DNA of 64,000 bases, taken from an uncultured bacterium (GTDB lineage Bacteria; Hydrothermota; UBA3073; NMUJ01; CBEVQO01). This document shows positions 44,193 to 54,170 of the stretch, piece by piece; position 1 is the stretch's first letter, and each line of letters begins with the position of its first letter. A program made the translations under genes and the position numbers. The notes under the pieces are model-generated. The model was not told the DNA's origin and ran no database searches. It worked only from the letters and a program-made list of their open reading frames with translations. The DNA lies in contig CBEVQO010000005.1 in assembly GCA_965552055.1 (NCBI GenBank), positions 1 through 64,000 on the forward strand, given 5' to 3'.

Positions 44193-45950
44193 TTTTTTGA
44201 CTGCATATACTTTTACTGGTAGTTCTTTTCCTCTTATTTTCACATAACCCAAATCTTCTGCTTCTACAAATCCTCTAACTTCTTTATATGTCATTTCGCT
44301 TATTATTATTTCTTTTTTAAACTCTTTTGTTAGGGGTTCTAATCTTGCAGCCAGGTTTACATTATCGCCTATGACTGTGTAATCGAGGCGTTTTTCCGAG
44401 CCAACAAATCCGCATACCATTTCGCCAGTATTTATTCCGACTCCTATTCTTATTCCGAGTCTCATTTCCTTTACTGTTTCTACCATTTTGATAGCGGTTC
44501 TGACTGCTCTAAGTGCGTGGTCGTGATAGTAGATGGGTGCTCCAAATATTGCCATGATGCCATCACCAATAAATTTATCAACGGTTCCTCCTTCGGAAAA
44601 GATGATATCTGTCATTTTAGAATGATAAATGTTTAACATTTTTAAAACTTCTTCGGGTGGCAATTTCTCCGAAAGCGAAGTAAATCCTCTGATATCTGCG
44701 AACATTACGGTTAATACTTTTCTTTCTGCTGTCTTTTCGTCTATTTCTCTTTTTTCTGTAAGAATTTGAATAACAGGTTCGTCCACAAATCTTCTAAATA
44801 GCCCTCTTATTTTATTTTTTTCTCTTTGTTCCGTTAAAAACTTTTGCAAAGCAGTGATTGCAAATCCAAAAAATATGCAGTAAGTTGGTCTTACTACTTC
44901 AATCCATAAATTATATTTTGCGAAGAATAAATATGATATGTAAAAAAATAAGAATCCGAATAATAGGGCAAAAATTCCCCCTCCCAATGGCGGTAGGTTC
45001 ATTACACAGAAAATAGTTATAAATCCACATAATAAGGATAGTAAAAAGATAAAAGGATTCGAGATTTTTTTGATCATCGAATTTTTAAGTAGAGAATAAA
45101 GTGCAGAGGCATGTATTTTGACACCGGGATATCTTCCACCTGAGGCAACCGGTTTTATGTCGAACAGTCCTTTGGCACTACCCCCTATAAAAATGATTTT
45201 ATCTTTAAAAAATTCTGCAGGTAATCTTCTTTTCAACACATCATAAAATGAGATATCACGGAACTTAAAGAATTTTATAAAAATTGATTTCGATTTTAAA
45301 ATCTTCAGTGAATCTTTCATTAAATCAATGGCTACTCTTGCTGCTAAAGTTAAATAAGTTGAATCTCTGGTAGAAAAAATTAAAGGATATCTCCTTACTA
45401 TTCCATCAGCTTCTGGCATTATTAAACCGACTCCTATTCCTTTTGCATTTTCTCGTAACATAGATATGGGTAATTTAACGGCATTTGGCAAAGGTAAGGC
45501 TGCCAAGTAAACTTTTCCACTTCTTTTGATAGCGTCTGCAAGAACTTTATCGAAACTAATTTTTCTAAGGATTTGAGAAATTCGCAGTGAATCTGTAAAG
45601 TCCGTGTTAGTTAGAAATTCATGAATTATAATTTCCGGAAAGCTATCGGGTTCGGTAAAGAAAACATCGAAAACTATAGCTTTTGCTTTGCCCTGAGATA
45701 AGAAATCAATTACTTTTGCGTAAAAAGACCTTGGCCAGTGTCTGAAATTGCCGAGTTTTTCTATGCTTTTTTCATCAACATCAACGATTACAATTTCTTC
45801 TATTTGCTTTTTAGGAGCGTTCAAATAGTGGAAGAGGTCAAATATCCTTAATTCAAATTCTTGATATGAAGAACGCCAAAATGTTACAAAAGATAAAATT
45901 AAAATTATCGCTATTGAAGGTGTTAAAATATCTTTCTTCAAATAGCCCAT
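44184..45950 (-). CDS. CHASE2-domain class III adenylate cyclase
   Basis: WPRS, FDVFF, DGIVRR, PGVKIHA (CHASE2); FADIRGFT, DKFIGDG, DYTVIGDNVNLAARLE. Confidence 0.9.
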   Translation of the reverse strand: MGYLKKDILTPSIAIILILSFVTFWRSSYQEFELRIFDLFHYLNAPKKQIEEIVIVDVDEKSIEKLGNFRHWPRSFYAKVIDFLSQGKAKAIVFDVFFTEPDSFPEIIIHEFLTNTDFTDSLRISQILRKISFDKVLADAIKRSGKVYLAALPLPNAVKLPISMLRENAKGIGVGLIMPEADGIVRRYPLIFSTRDSTYLTLAARVAIDLMKDSLKILKSKSIFIKFFKFRDISFYDVLKRRLPAEFFKDKIIFIGGSAKGLFDIKPVASGGRYPGVKIHASALYSLLKNSMIKKISNPFIFLLSLLCGFITIFCVMNLPPLGGGIFALLFGFLFFYISYLFFAKYNLWIEVVRPTYCIFFGFAITALQKFLTEQREKNKIRGLFRRFVDEPVIQILTEKREIDEKTAERKVLTVMFADIRGFTSLSEKLPPEEVLKMLNIYHSKMTDIIFSEGGTVDKFIGDGIMAIFGAPIYYHDHALRAVRTAIKMVETVKEMRLGIRIGVGINTGEMVCGFVGSEKRLDYTVIGDNVNLAARLEPLTKEFKKEIIISEMTYKEVRGFVEAEDLGYVKIRGKELPVKVYAVKKLL

Positions 45951-47017
45951 ATTTTTAGTGATATGGCAAGAAAGATAAAAATAAATCCAAGTGCTAATTT
46001 TATCCAGAAATTATTTTTTCTCAGGAATTTTGAAATTTTTTCAATAGAATAAATTTTTGTAAGGCATGCTATTGCTATTAAAGGTGTTATGAAACACACA
46101 TTATAAAGGACAAGGTAAGAGTATGCTTTGAACTTCAGGGAGGGTACTGCTGTCATATAAATTATAGTCGGCAAGTAAATTTGTCCTGTGCAACCAAATT
46201 CCAATCCTCCTATTAATATTCCTGTGATAAATCCAAGAGAAATATTACTTATTTTGCTTTTTATAAGCATATGCATTATTCTGTGTAATTTTCCCGGTAA
46301 TTTTAAAATTTGCTGACTTATGTTTTTGCGTGAGATATAAGCATCATAAAAACTAAAACCAGCAAAAATTATTAAAATTATAATTGTGATAGGATAAATG
46401 TATTTTTTGATAATCTGGTAATTAAGAAGTAAAACTGTTTCGAAAAATCCTATGCCTATTAAGAAATAAATTGTGAAAATTCCGATAATGAAAGAAAGAG
46501 CAATAAAAATTATTTTCTTTTCTTCGGTCTGTCTATAGGTTAAAAATGATAATAGAAAGATGAGAGTAGCGAATGCACAGGGGTTAATTCCGTCGATAAG
46601 TCCTGCTGAGATTATGTTTATGATTTTTATTTTTTCGAAGACAGCTCTAATTTTCAATCGTGCGGTGTCAAGAAAAGGTGCTGCCTGTTTCCATGGAGGT
46701 TCTACTTTCCTATCGGCATATTTTTCGATATAATGTTTTATCCATTTTTCTGATATCTGGAAATAAGGTATATAATTGTATCCCACAAAAATAATTGGCA
46801 CGACACACATTCTTGGATGCACTTTATATTTTTCGCAAAGAGCATACAACATTTCAATTCCTTCTCTTTCTTTTACATTGTATCTTCTTACTCTGATAAA
46901 GGGATATTTTTTCTCAAATTTTTTAAGCATTTTATCAACTTCTGAACAATGTTTGCATCCTGGTTTGTAAAAAAATGCAAAATAGATAACGGATAGTAAT
47001 AAGAGCAGCTGCATCAT
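45938..47017 (-). CDS. Thioredoxin-fold plus CcdA/DsbD-like membrane protein
   Basis: CKHC; GLIDGINPCAF and EFGCTGQIYL transmembrane cysteines. Confidence 0.8.
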   Translation of the reverse strand: MMQLLLLLSVIYFAFFYKPGCKHCSEVDKMLKKFEKKYPFIRVRRYNVKEREGIEMLYALCEKYKVHPRMCVVPIIFVGYNYIPYFQISEKWIKHYIEKYADRKVEPPWKQAAPFLDTARLKIRAVFEKIKIINIISAGLIDGINPCAFATLIFLLSFLTYRQTEEKKIIFIALSFIIGIFTIYFLIGIGFFETVLLLNYQIIKKYIYPITIIILIIFAGFSFYDAYISRKNISQQILKLPGKLHRIMHMLIKSKISNISLGFITGILIGGLEFGCTGQIYLPTIIYMTAVPSLKFKAYSYLVLYNVCFITPLIAIACLTKIYSIEKISKFLRKNNFWIKLALGFIFIFLAISLKIWAI

Positions 47018-47091
47018 ATAATTTTAATTGGGATATGTAAAAGTCAATAAATAATAAATGTTGACATACTTTTTATTTCATTAAAATATGG

Positions 47092-48204
47092 GTGTTTGTT
47101 TTACTGCGATTATATTTTCTGGCGTTTTGTGGTAATACTATTTTCTGGATTTTGCGACCACTTCTTACGGTATATGTGAGGGACCTTGGTTTTTCTGCTT
47201 TACTTGTTGGTGCTTTATCTTCTGCTTTTATGTCTGGCAGGGGTTTATTTTCTGTGCTTATCGGCATTTTATCTGACAGGCTCAAGAATCGCAAGTTATT
47301 TGTTATTGCTGGTTTCTTCATTTTTTCTCTTGCTTCTTATCTTATTTCGGTTTCTAAAAAGAGCTATGAGTTTTTATTGTCTTCTTTTCTACTGGGTGTT
47401 GCGTCTGGCAGTGTATGGCCTGTGGTTCAGACGATGGTTGTTGAGAGTGTCGATAGCGTCAAAGCTGGCAGGTCTTTAAGTATTTATTTTAATTGCGGAG
47501 CAATGGGAAGAATTCTGGGTAATTTTCTTCTCGCACAGCTGAGTGCACTTTTCTCCAGCAATCGCATTTTCTTCTTTTGTGCATTATTCTATGTTTTGCC
47601 ATTTTGTATTTCCTGTTTTATAAGTGATACTTATAAAGAGAAGGTGAAGCCGGAATCTTCTTTTGCTTCCGGTAGTTTTTTATGGTTTTTCATTATAATA
47701 TTCCTTGTGGGATGGATAATGGGGAGGGCTATGATAATTCTTTATTTAAAAGAAAGATTTTTGATGAGCACATCGGATATTGCTTATGTTCTGATGATTT
47801 TATCTGTTGTTACAATTCCTTTGAGTTATATTATTTCATGGGTTTTTGACAGGAATATGAGAGCGGGCTTTTTACTGCTGTCATCTTTGCTTTTCCTTGG
47901 TGTGTTTTTACCTTTAGCCGGGACTAAATATTTATTCGTAATTTTACTTTCTTTGTGGTTCTCCGGGACATCTTCTTTCTTTTCTATTTCCCGTGCTTAT
48001 ATTTCTCGTATGTCAAAGAATGTTGGTAGTGCGATAGGTGTATTGAATACGGTTTCGAATGCAGGTACTGCGATAGGTCCGCTTTTCCTTGGTTATATTT
48101 ATGATTTGTTCCCAAAAGGTTCTCCACTTACCATGATAGGTTATTCTATTTTATCGTTCGTTGTATGTGCAGGAATATGGTTGACAATTTTAAAAAAGAG
48201 ATAA
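47092..48204 (+). CDS. MFS transporter
   Basis: About 12 TM segments, motif A GILSDRLKNRK. Confidence 0.88.
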   Translation: MFVLLRLYFLAFCGNTIFWILRPLLTVYVRDLGFSALLVGALSSAFMSGRGLFSVLIGILSDRLKNRKLFVIAGFFIFSLASYLISVSKKSYEFLLSSFLLGVASGSVWPVVQTMVVESVDSVKAGRSLSIYFNCGAMGRILGNFLLAQLSALFSSNRIFFFCALFYVLPFCISCFISDTYKEKVKPESSFASGSFLWFFIIIFLVGWIMGRAMIILYLKERFLMSTSDIAYVLMILSVVTIPLSYIISWVFDRNMRAGFLLLSSLLFLGVFLPLAGTKYLFVILLSLWFSGTSSFFSISRAYISRMSKNVGSAIGVLNTVSNAGTAIGPLFLGYIYDLFPKGSPLTMIGYSILSFVVCAGIWLTILKKR

Positions 48205-48212
48205 ATTAACAG

Positions 48213-49232
48213 ATGAAAGTAGGGGTACTTGCAGGTGGTAACAGTCCTGAATACGATATTTCTTTGATGTCAGCAAGGGAAGTTGTTTCACATGCTCCTT
48301 CTGGGTATCTTATAAAGCCAATAATTTTGACAAAAGAAGGTAAATGGAAGATACCTGTTAATTTTACCAGAGAATTTGAAGAAGTACTTAATTTGAAGGA
48401 AGTTTCCACAGATGAAGCAATACCATTACTTAAAGAGCTTTCTGTTATTTTCATTGCGATGCACGGCCCCCAGGGAGAAGATGGCAAGATACAGGGTTTT
48501 TTTGAAATACTGGGAATTCCCTATACGGGTCCGGATGTGCTCGGTGCATCAATTACCATGAGTAAATCAAAGACACACGAAATATTAAAATTACACGGAA
48601 TAAAAACTCCTGAATTCATGGTGATTAAAAAATGGGATTATAACAGGGATAAAAATATTTTTTTGAAATTGATAGAGGAGAAAATGGGTTTTCCCTGCGT
48701 AATAAAGCCAGATAATCAGGGTTCGAGTATAGGCACATCGATACCTGAATCTGCGAATGAGCTGAAAGAAGCTCTTTCTGATTGTTTTAAATACTCTGAT
48801 ATTTGTGTATGTGAGAAATATATTGGAGGCGAAGAATTTACCTGTTCTGTTTTACAGGCTAAAAAATCGGATAAACCTGTGGCACTTGCTGTTACCAAAA
48901 TCGTTCCGAAAAGGGGCAAATTTTTTGAATTTTCTGTTAAATATGAAGAAGGAGCGACAGAAGAGTTGACACCAGCACCGATAAGTAAGGATTTAGAGGA
49001 TAAGATAAAGGAAATTAGTATAAAGGCACATGAGGTATTGCGGGCAGGACAGATGTCACGCACAGATATTAAAATTTTTAGAGAAGAAATATATGTGCTG
49101 GAGACAAATTCGATACCAGGTTTAACAAGGTATAGTATTTATCCTAAAGCCGCTGAATATTATGGTATAAGTTTTGAGAAATTGATAAAGATTTTAGTTG
49201 AAGGAGCTTTGGAAAATTTTCAAAATTTTTAA
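48213..49232 (+). CDS. ddl: D-alanine--D-alanine ligase
   Basis: GGNSPEYDISLMS, HGPQGEDG, QGSSIG, LETNSIPGLT. Confidence 0.93.
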   Translation: MKVGVLAGGNSPEYDISLMSAREVVSHAPSGYLIKPIILTKEGKWKIPVNFTREFEEVLNLKEVSTDEAIPLLKELSVIFIAMHGPQGEDGKIQGFFEILGIPYTGPDVLGASITMSKSKTHEILKLHGIKTPEFMVIKKWDYNRDKNIFLKLIEEKMGFPCVIKPDNQGSSIGTSIPESANELKEALSDCFKYSDICVCEKYIGGEEFTCSVLQAKKSDKPVALAVTKIVPKRGKFFEFSVKYEEGATEELTPAPISKDLEDKIKEISIKAHEVLRAGQMSRTDIKIFREEIYVLETNSIPGLTRYSIYPKAAEYYGISFEKLIKILVEGALENFQNF

Positions 49233-49235
49233 CAT

Positions 49236-50453
49236 TTAGAGATTTAAGAATTCTCTAATAGCACTACAAATTCTTCGTGCTCCTTCTTTAGTTCTCTCTT
49301 CAGGATAATAAGGAAAGTTAATTCTCAAAGCTTTTTGTATTTCTATATCGCAATCCGGTGGATAAAAGTCATAACTTGGTATGAAAGCAACTCCTTTTTT
49401 AATTGCGAATTCCAAAAACTTATCAAGGTCGATATCTTGAGGCAAAGTAAGCCAGATGTAGGTGCCTCCTTCAGGTTCATTATAGGTTATCTCAGGGTGT
49501 TTTGGAAGTTCTTTTTTCAAAACTTCAAGCATCGCAAGTAATCTTGGATAATGAACATTTTTTATTCTTTTTATTTGTTCATCCCACAATCCTCTTTCTA
49601 TAAATTCTTTTATTATGTATTGATTTAATCTGGGAGTATTATAATCGCAGAGCTGTTTTATTGGTTTCATTTTCTTTATAAAATCTTTTTGTGCGAGCAC
49701 ATATCCTACTCTGAGACCTGTTGAAAGAACTTTTGAAAAGCTATTGCAATGTATAACGATATCTTTTGCGAGTTCAAATAGCGAAGGGATGCTTTTGCCT
49801 TTATATCTCATATATCTGTAAGGTGTGTCTTCGAATACTGGTAATTCATATTTTTTAGCGATTTCAATTATTTCTTTTCTCCTTTGAAGGGGCAAAGTTC
49901 TGCCTGTGGGATTTTGAAAATCCGGAATCGTATATAAAAACTTTGGTTTAATTCCTTTCTTTTTCAGTTCGAATAATCTTTTTTCTAAGTCTTCGGGTAT
50001 CAATCCGTTTTCGTCCATTTTTACGCTTACGATGTTTGCCTGGAACATCCTGAAATTTTGCAGATGAAGTGAATAAAATGGAGTTTCAGCGAGTATGTAA
50101 TCACCGGGATTCAAAAGAGTTTGGCAGGTAAGAAATCCACCCTGAAGAGCGCCAGTCAAAATTATCACTTCGTCTTCCTCTACCTCTATAGTGTCGTATT
50201 TTTTAAGAAAATCTACTATTGTTGGGATTATATCACCGCATGTAGCACCATATTGAAGCACTTTTGTGCCATATTTTGAGAGGACATCTTCTGTAATTTC
50301 TTTTATCTTTTCTGTTGGTATTATTTCAGGTGCAGGTTCTCCGACTGTGAATGCAATGAGGTCTTTGACTTCCTTTGCAAGTTCAGTGAGCTTTACGATT
50401 GAAGTGAGGGTAGATGTTTCAGCAAATTTCGAATATCTAAAAACTTCTTTCAT
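49236..50453 (-). CDS. PLP-dependent aminotransferase class I/II (LysN/ARO8-like)
   Basis: YTIPDFQNPTG, EDTPY, SFSKVLSTGLRVG. Confidence 0.9.
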   Translation of the reverse strand: MKEVFRYSKFAETSTLTSIVKLTELAKEVKDLIAFTVGEPAPEIIPTEKIKEITEDVLSKYGTKVLQYGATCGDIIPTIVDFLKKYDTIEVEEDEVIILTGALQGGFLTCQTLLNPGDYILAETPFYSLHLQNFRMFQANIVSVKMDENGLIPEDLEKRLFELKKKGIKPKFLYTIPDFQNPTGRTLPLQRRKEIIEIAKKYELPVFEDTPYRYMRYKGKSIPSLFELAKDIVIHCNSFSKVLSTGLRVGYVLAQKDFIKKMKPIKQLCDYNTPRLNQYIIKEFIERGLWDEQIKRIKNVHYPRLLAMLEVLKKELPKHPEITYNEPEGGTYIWLTLPQDIDLDKFLEFAIKKGVAFIPSYDFYPPDCDIEIQKALRINFPYYPEERTKEGARRICSAIREFLNL

Positions 50454-51379
50454 ACTTCAGGAATAGCCAAATCTTGTGGTGTTTTTTCAGAGCATTTTAT
50501 ATCTGGATTCTGTTTCTGTATCAATTCTATAATTATTTCTGCGTATTTTACTTTTTCTCGAGCAAACCATGCTAAAAATTCTGGCGATACCCAGGGTTTA
50601 TAAAGTGCACTTACGCTTACACCGGGTTCTATTTTGAAATAACAGGGCGAAGCAATTCTGGCTATTTCTGCACATTCATAAAAACGATTAAATCCTCCCC
50701 ATTGATCAAAAAGATAAACATGGATATCCATTGGGATGTCGATTACCTTTCTTATAGCTGCGAGTGTTGGCAAACTAATATCGCCGATTGGATTGAAAGT
50801 ATTTGCTCCCAGGTCCTGTAAGACCTTCGCAGAAAAAGGTGTGCCATGACCCGTATAAATCGAAACTTTGAAAACAGTATTTTTGGGAATAATTCCTTCT
50901 TCCCTGAGTTTGTTCATAAGCCATAGGACGCCTTCATCCCACACCAGAAAGCCTCTAAATCCAGCATCACAACATCTGAGCACATCTTCGACATAATATT
51001 TGACCCAGCGAGTACTGCGAAAGCGCGGACCACAGACCATTCCCTCTGGAGTAACAATTTGACGCCCTGTATCCCAGAAGGCACGGGGTCCAGGGGTTAA
51101 TATCGCTTCAACACCGTAATCTTTGCATAATTTTGCAAACCTTTTGAGTTCTTCTTTCGATAAAAGAGTAGCTCCCATTACAGTTGATATCAAACGATGC
51201 ACAGGTACTCCTCTTTTATCAGCTTCGTCGAGCACGGCTTCGCAAACTTCCGGTCTTTCGATACCCGAGATTTCTATCCTGTAATGTGCACCATCCGGAA
51301 AGCGCTTATCAGAGGAAGGTAGTCCCCATTCATCGTCTTCAGGCATACCAATTTTTTTAAAAAAATCAGACAAATTCAT
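50450..51379 (-). CDS. Conserved TIM-barrel-like protein (distant U32-like), function unknown
   Basis: RFPDGAHYRIEI, GFRGFLVWDEG, GANTFNP, PMDIHV; strong SD. Confidence 0.6.
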   Translation of the reverse strand: MNLSDFFKKIGMPEDDEWGLPSSDKRFPDGAHYRIEISGIERPEVCEAVLDEADKRGVPVHRLISTVMGATLLSKEELKRFAKLCKDYGVEAILTPGPRAFWDTGRQIVTPEGMVCGPRFRSTRWVKYYVEDVLRCCDAGFRGFLVWDEGVLWLMNKLREEGIIPKNTVFKVSIYTGHGTPFSAKVLQDLGANTFNPIGDISLPTLAAIRKVIDIPMDIHVYLFDQWGGFNRFYECAEIARIASPCYFKIEPGVSVSALYKPWVSPEFLAWFAREKVKYAEIIIELIQKQNPDIKCSEKTPQDLAIPEV

Positions 51380-51458
51380 AACCCCTCCTTACAAATTATA
51401 GAGGAAATATGGATTAGTCAACATTTTTCTTGACAAGGGAAAATATAATTTAAAATTT

Positions 51459-54140
51459 ATGATGGTGATTTTAATTTTCATACTGGGAACATTAATTGAC
51501 TCTGCAGGTGGCAAATGTATAATTTCGCCGAAAGAGGATTTTGTAATTAAGGTGACACCCTTTTTATGGATAAAAATAGAAGATTTACCCGAAATTGTAA
51601 AGGAAGCCATAGATTCTGCTCCTTCCTGGCTTCGAGGTCGCTTAACTTTGAATTTTATGAAAATGTACGGTCAATGTCAAGAAGTTTATGCTGGACTTAT
51701 TCTTTCTGTTGATAAAAGTTATCGTGATGAAATTGCTTTTCAGATAGCAACGCTTGACCCCCTTATCCTTTATCATTATGTAGGTGACCCTTCGCTCTTT
51801 GTAGAAAATGTGAAGTTGATTTATAAAAGCGATAGTTTACTCGATTATGTTGAGCTTGTGGAGTATCCAGAATATACAACCTGCAGATATAGAATATCTG
51901 ACCATGGGAAAGATACTTTTGAGATTGAGATTCCGAAAGAGATTTATTACTGGGATATTGTTCATCCTGTAATTGGCTGGGAGGCTCCTCTTTATATTGA
52001 CCCGAAGGTACCTGACCCTTATCATACAGGTGCAGGGGAAGCGCCTCCGCCCCGTGGACATTTCTGGCGCGAATATTATCTCTTTTATCCTGATACCGTT
52101 GAAAGTACAGTGATATCGGATAATGGTAAAGATACAGTTAAAGAAGGATATGTTTGCACTCCTTTAAAAGACCTGTTAAAGGATGAAAAAATATTATGGG
52201 CGATGAAGAAAGATACAATAGAAGGTAACGGTGCAATAGGTAAACTTACTCAATGGGTTAAAGATGTTATGGTTTTTAACTCTGGTAGTGAGCGTCCCTG
52301 GCAGCCTGTTCGTGTTTATCACATGCATATGGGGAGGTGTGGTGAGCATGGGCATATTACTGGAGCAGCTGCAAGAGCAGCTCTTATACCTGCAACTTAT
52401 ATTTTGACACTTTGCAATGACCATGTATGGAATGAATTTTATGACGAAGAATGGCATACATGGGAGCCTGTAAACACTTATATAAATCATCCTGAAAGCT
52501 ATGATAACTGGTGGAGCGGAAAGGCAGTGTTACCCTTTGCTTTCAGAGGCGACGGATGCATTATCGATGTTACACAAAGATACACCCCGCATTGTACTCT
52601 TACCGTGTTTGTTGCAGATAGCGTGGGTAATCCGGTTGATGGTGCATGTGTAAAACTTTATGCAACACATATTTATGGTGGGACTTATATATGCGGATGG
52701 CATTACACAAATACAGATGGATTGGCAAGATTTATAATCGGTGATAATGTAAGTTATTACATAAAAATAGAATCAGACATTGGTAACTATCCTTCAAGTG
52801 GAAGTATGCAGATAATAACGATTTCGCAACCAGATACTCATTATTATTATGAGCATTATTTTGATGAATTTTTACCGCAATTAAATGCAGAAAGTACCCA
52901 AATAACAGAACCTGTAGAATATCGAGTTGAGATAACATTTAAACTTGAGGATGAATATACAGAAGCACAAACTTTGTTTTCGAATGAACTGGGAGTTGCG
53001 CAAAAGTGGTTTAAAAAAGGGTTGCCAAAAATAAACTTTTTCATTTGTGATGAGGAGAATTATAAAAAATATCTTGAAGGTGAAAATTTTGATGCTGTTT
53101 ACATTGCAAAAAATGTAGATTCGGGATATGTGTCTTTTCAATTTCCAGTGCCTCATCTTACAAATTGGTACATTGTTTTTATGAATAAAAATAAATGCAA
53201 GACTTATGAACTTCTTGAATTTGAAGTGAAGAGCTATCAATTAACTTCAGTAGCACATATTAAAGTTGAGAAAGCAGTTTATGATTTTGGGACAGTTATA
53301 GCAGGTAAATTTTCACAGGATACAATGTGGATTTATAACATTGGACTTGGTGACTTAAAAGTTGATAGTATAAAATTAATTTCAAATGTTTTTGATTTTG
53401 ATGATAATTTGCCTTATATGCTTTCCTCGCATGATAGTGTGGGTGTTTTATTATATTTTGCTCCAGAAGATACAGGTATTTTTTGTGATACTTTGTTTAT
53501 TTATTCAGATGACATTGATGCCCAAGAGTTACCGGTAGTTTTGGTTGGTGAGAGTAGAGTGCCCGATATTGAGTTTGCAGATAGTGTGTGTGATTTTGGT
53601 ACGGTATCCATAGGCCAAACTGTTTATAAAAGAGAAAAAGTGTGGAATTGCGGGAGTTATCCTTTAAAAATTGACAGTGTTATCTCGACGAGCAATTCAT
53701 TTGGTGTTTACTCTCCTTCTTTTCCACAACAGTTAGAAGAGGGTGATACTCTCGAGATGATAATTTATTGTTCGCCACGGGATACGGGAATTCTTGAAGG
53801 CGAGTTTTTGTTCTATTCAAATGATCCCGATGAAAATCCAGCTGTGTTAAAATTAACGGCAAGGGGATATGGTCTTCAGGAAAAGTTAGGCAGTTTTTAT
53901 GTGAAATACAATCCAAATCCCTGTAAGGATTTCTGTGTTATTACTTATTATTTGCCAAGAGAAGAAAAAGTTAGTTTAAAGATATATGATGTATGTGGCA
54001 GATGTGTTGAAAAAATTAATTCTTTTGAGAAAACAGGCATTCACAAAATTTTTATTAAAGATTTGCCATCGGGAGTGTATTTCTGCGAGTTTAAAGCAAT
54101 GAAAAAATTGCATAGATTTAAGATAATCTTTATAAGATGA
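51459..54140 (+). CDS. Secreted transglutaminase-like protein with Ig-like domains and T9SS-like tail
   Basis: GRCGEH (Cys), DHVWNE (His); two Ig/ASH-type modules (DFGTV..IYSDD, FYSNDPDE); tail NPNP..LKIYDVCGR..LPSGVYF. Confidence 0.8.
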   Translation: MMVILIFILGTLIDSAGGKCIISPKEDFVIKVTPFLWIKIEDLPEIVKEAIDSAPSWLRGRLTLNFMKMYGQCQEVYAGLILSVDKSYRDEIAFQIATLDPLILYHYVGDPSLFVENVKLIYKSDSLLDYVELVEYPEYTTCRYRISDHGKDTFEIEIPKEIYYWDIVHPVIGWEAPLYIDPKVPDPYHTGAGEAPPPRGHFWREYYLFYPDTVESTVISDNGKDTVKEGYVCTPLKDLLKDEKILWAMKKDTIEGNGAIGKLTQWVKDVMVFNSGSERPWQPVRVYHMHMGRCGEHGHITGAAARAALIPATYILTLCNDHVWNEFYDEEWHTWEPVNTYINHPESYDNWWSGKAVLPFAFRGDGCIIDVTQRYTPHCTLTVFVADSVGNPVDGACVKLYATHIYGGTYICGWHYTNTDGLARFIIGDNVSYYIKIESDIGNYPSSGSMQIITISQPDTHYYYEHYFDEFLPQLNAESTQITEPVEYRVEITFKLEDEYTEAQTLFSNELGVAQKWFKKGLPKINFFICDEENYKKYLEGENFDAVYIAKNVDSGYVSFQFPVPHLTNWYIVFMNKNKCKTYELLEFEVKSYQLTSVAHIKVEKAVYDFGTVIAGKFSQDTMWIYNIGLGDLKVDSIKLISNVFDFDDNLPYMLSSHDSVGVLLYFAPEDTGIFCDTLFIYSDDIDAQELPVVLVGESRVPDIEFADSVCDFGTVSIGQTVYKREKVWNCGSYPLKIDSVISTSNSFGVYSPSFPQQLEEGDTLEMIIYCSPRDTGILEGEFLFYSNDPDENPAVLKLTARGYGLQEKLGSFYVKYNPNPCKDFCVITYYLPREEKVSLKIYDVCGRCVEKINSFEKTGIHKIFIKDLPSGVYFCEFKAMKKLHRFKIIFIR

Positions 54141-54170
54141 GATTTAATTCAGAAAGAGAAAGGGAGTGTT

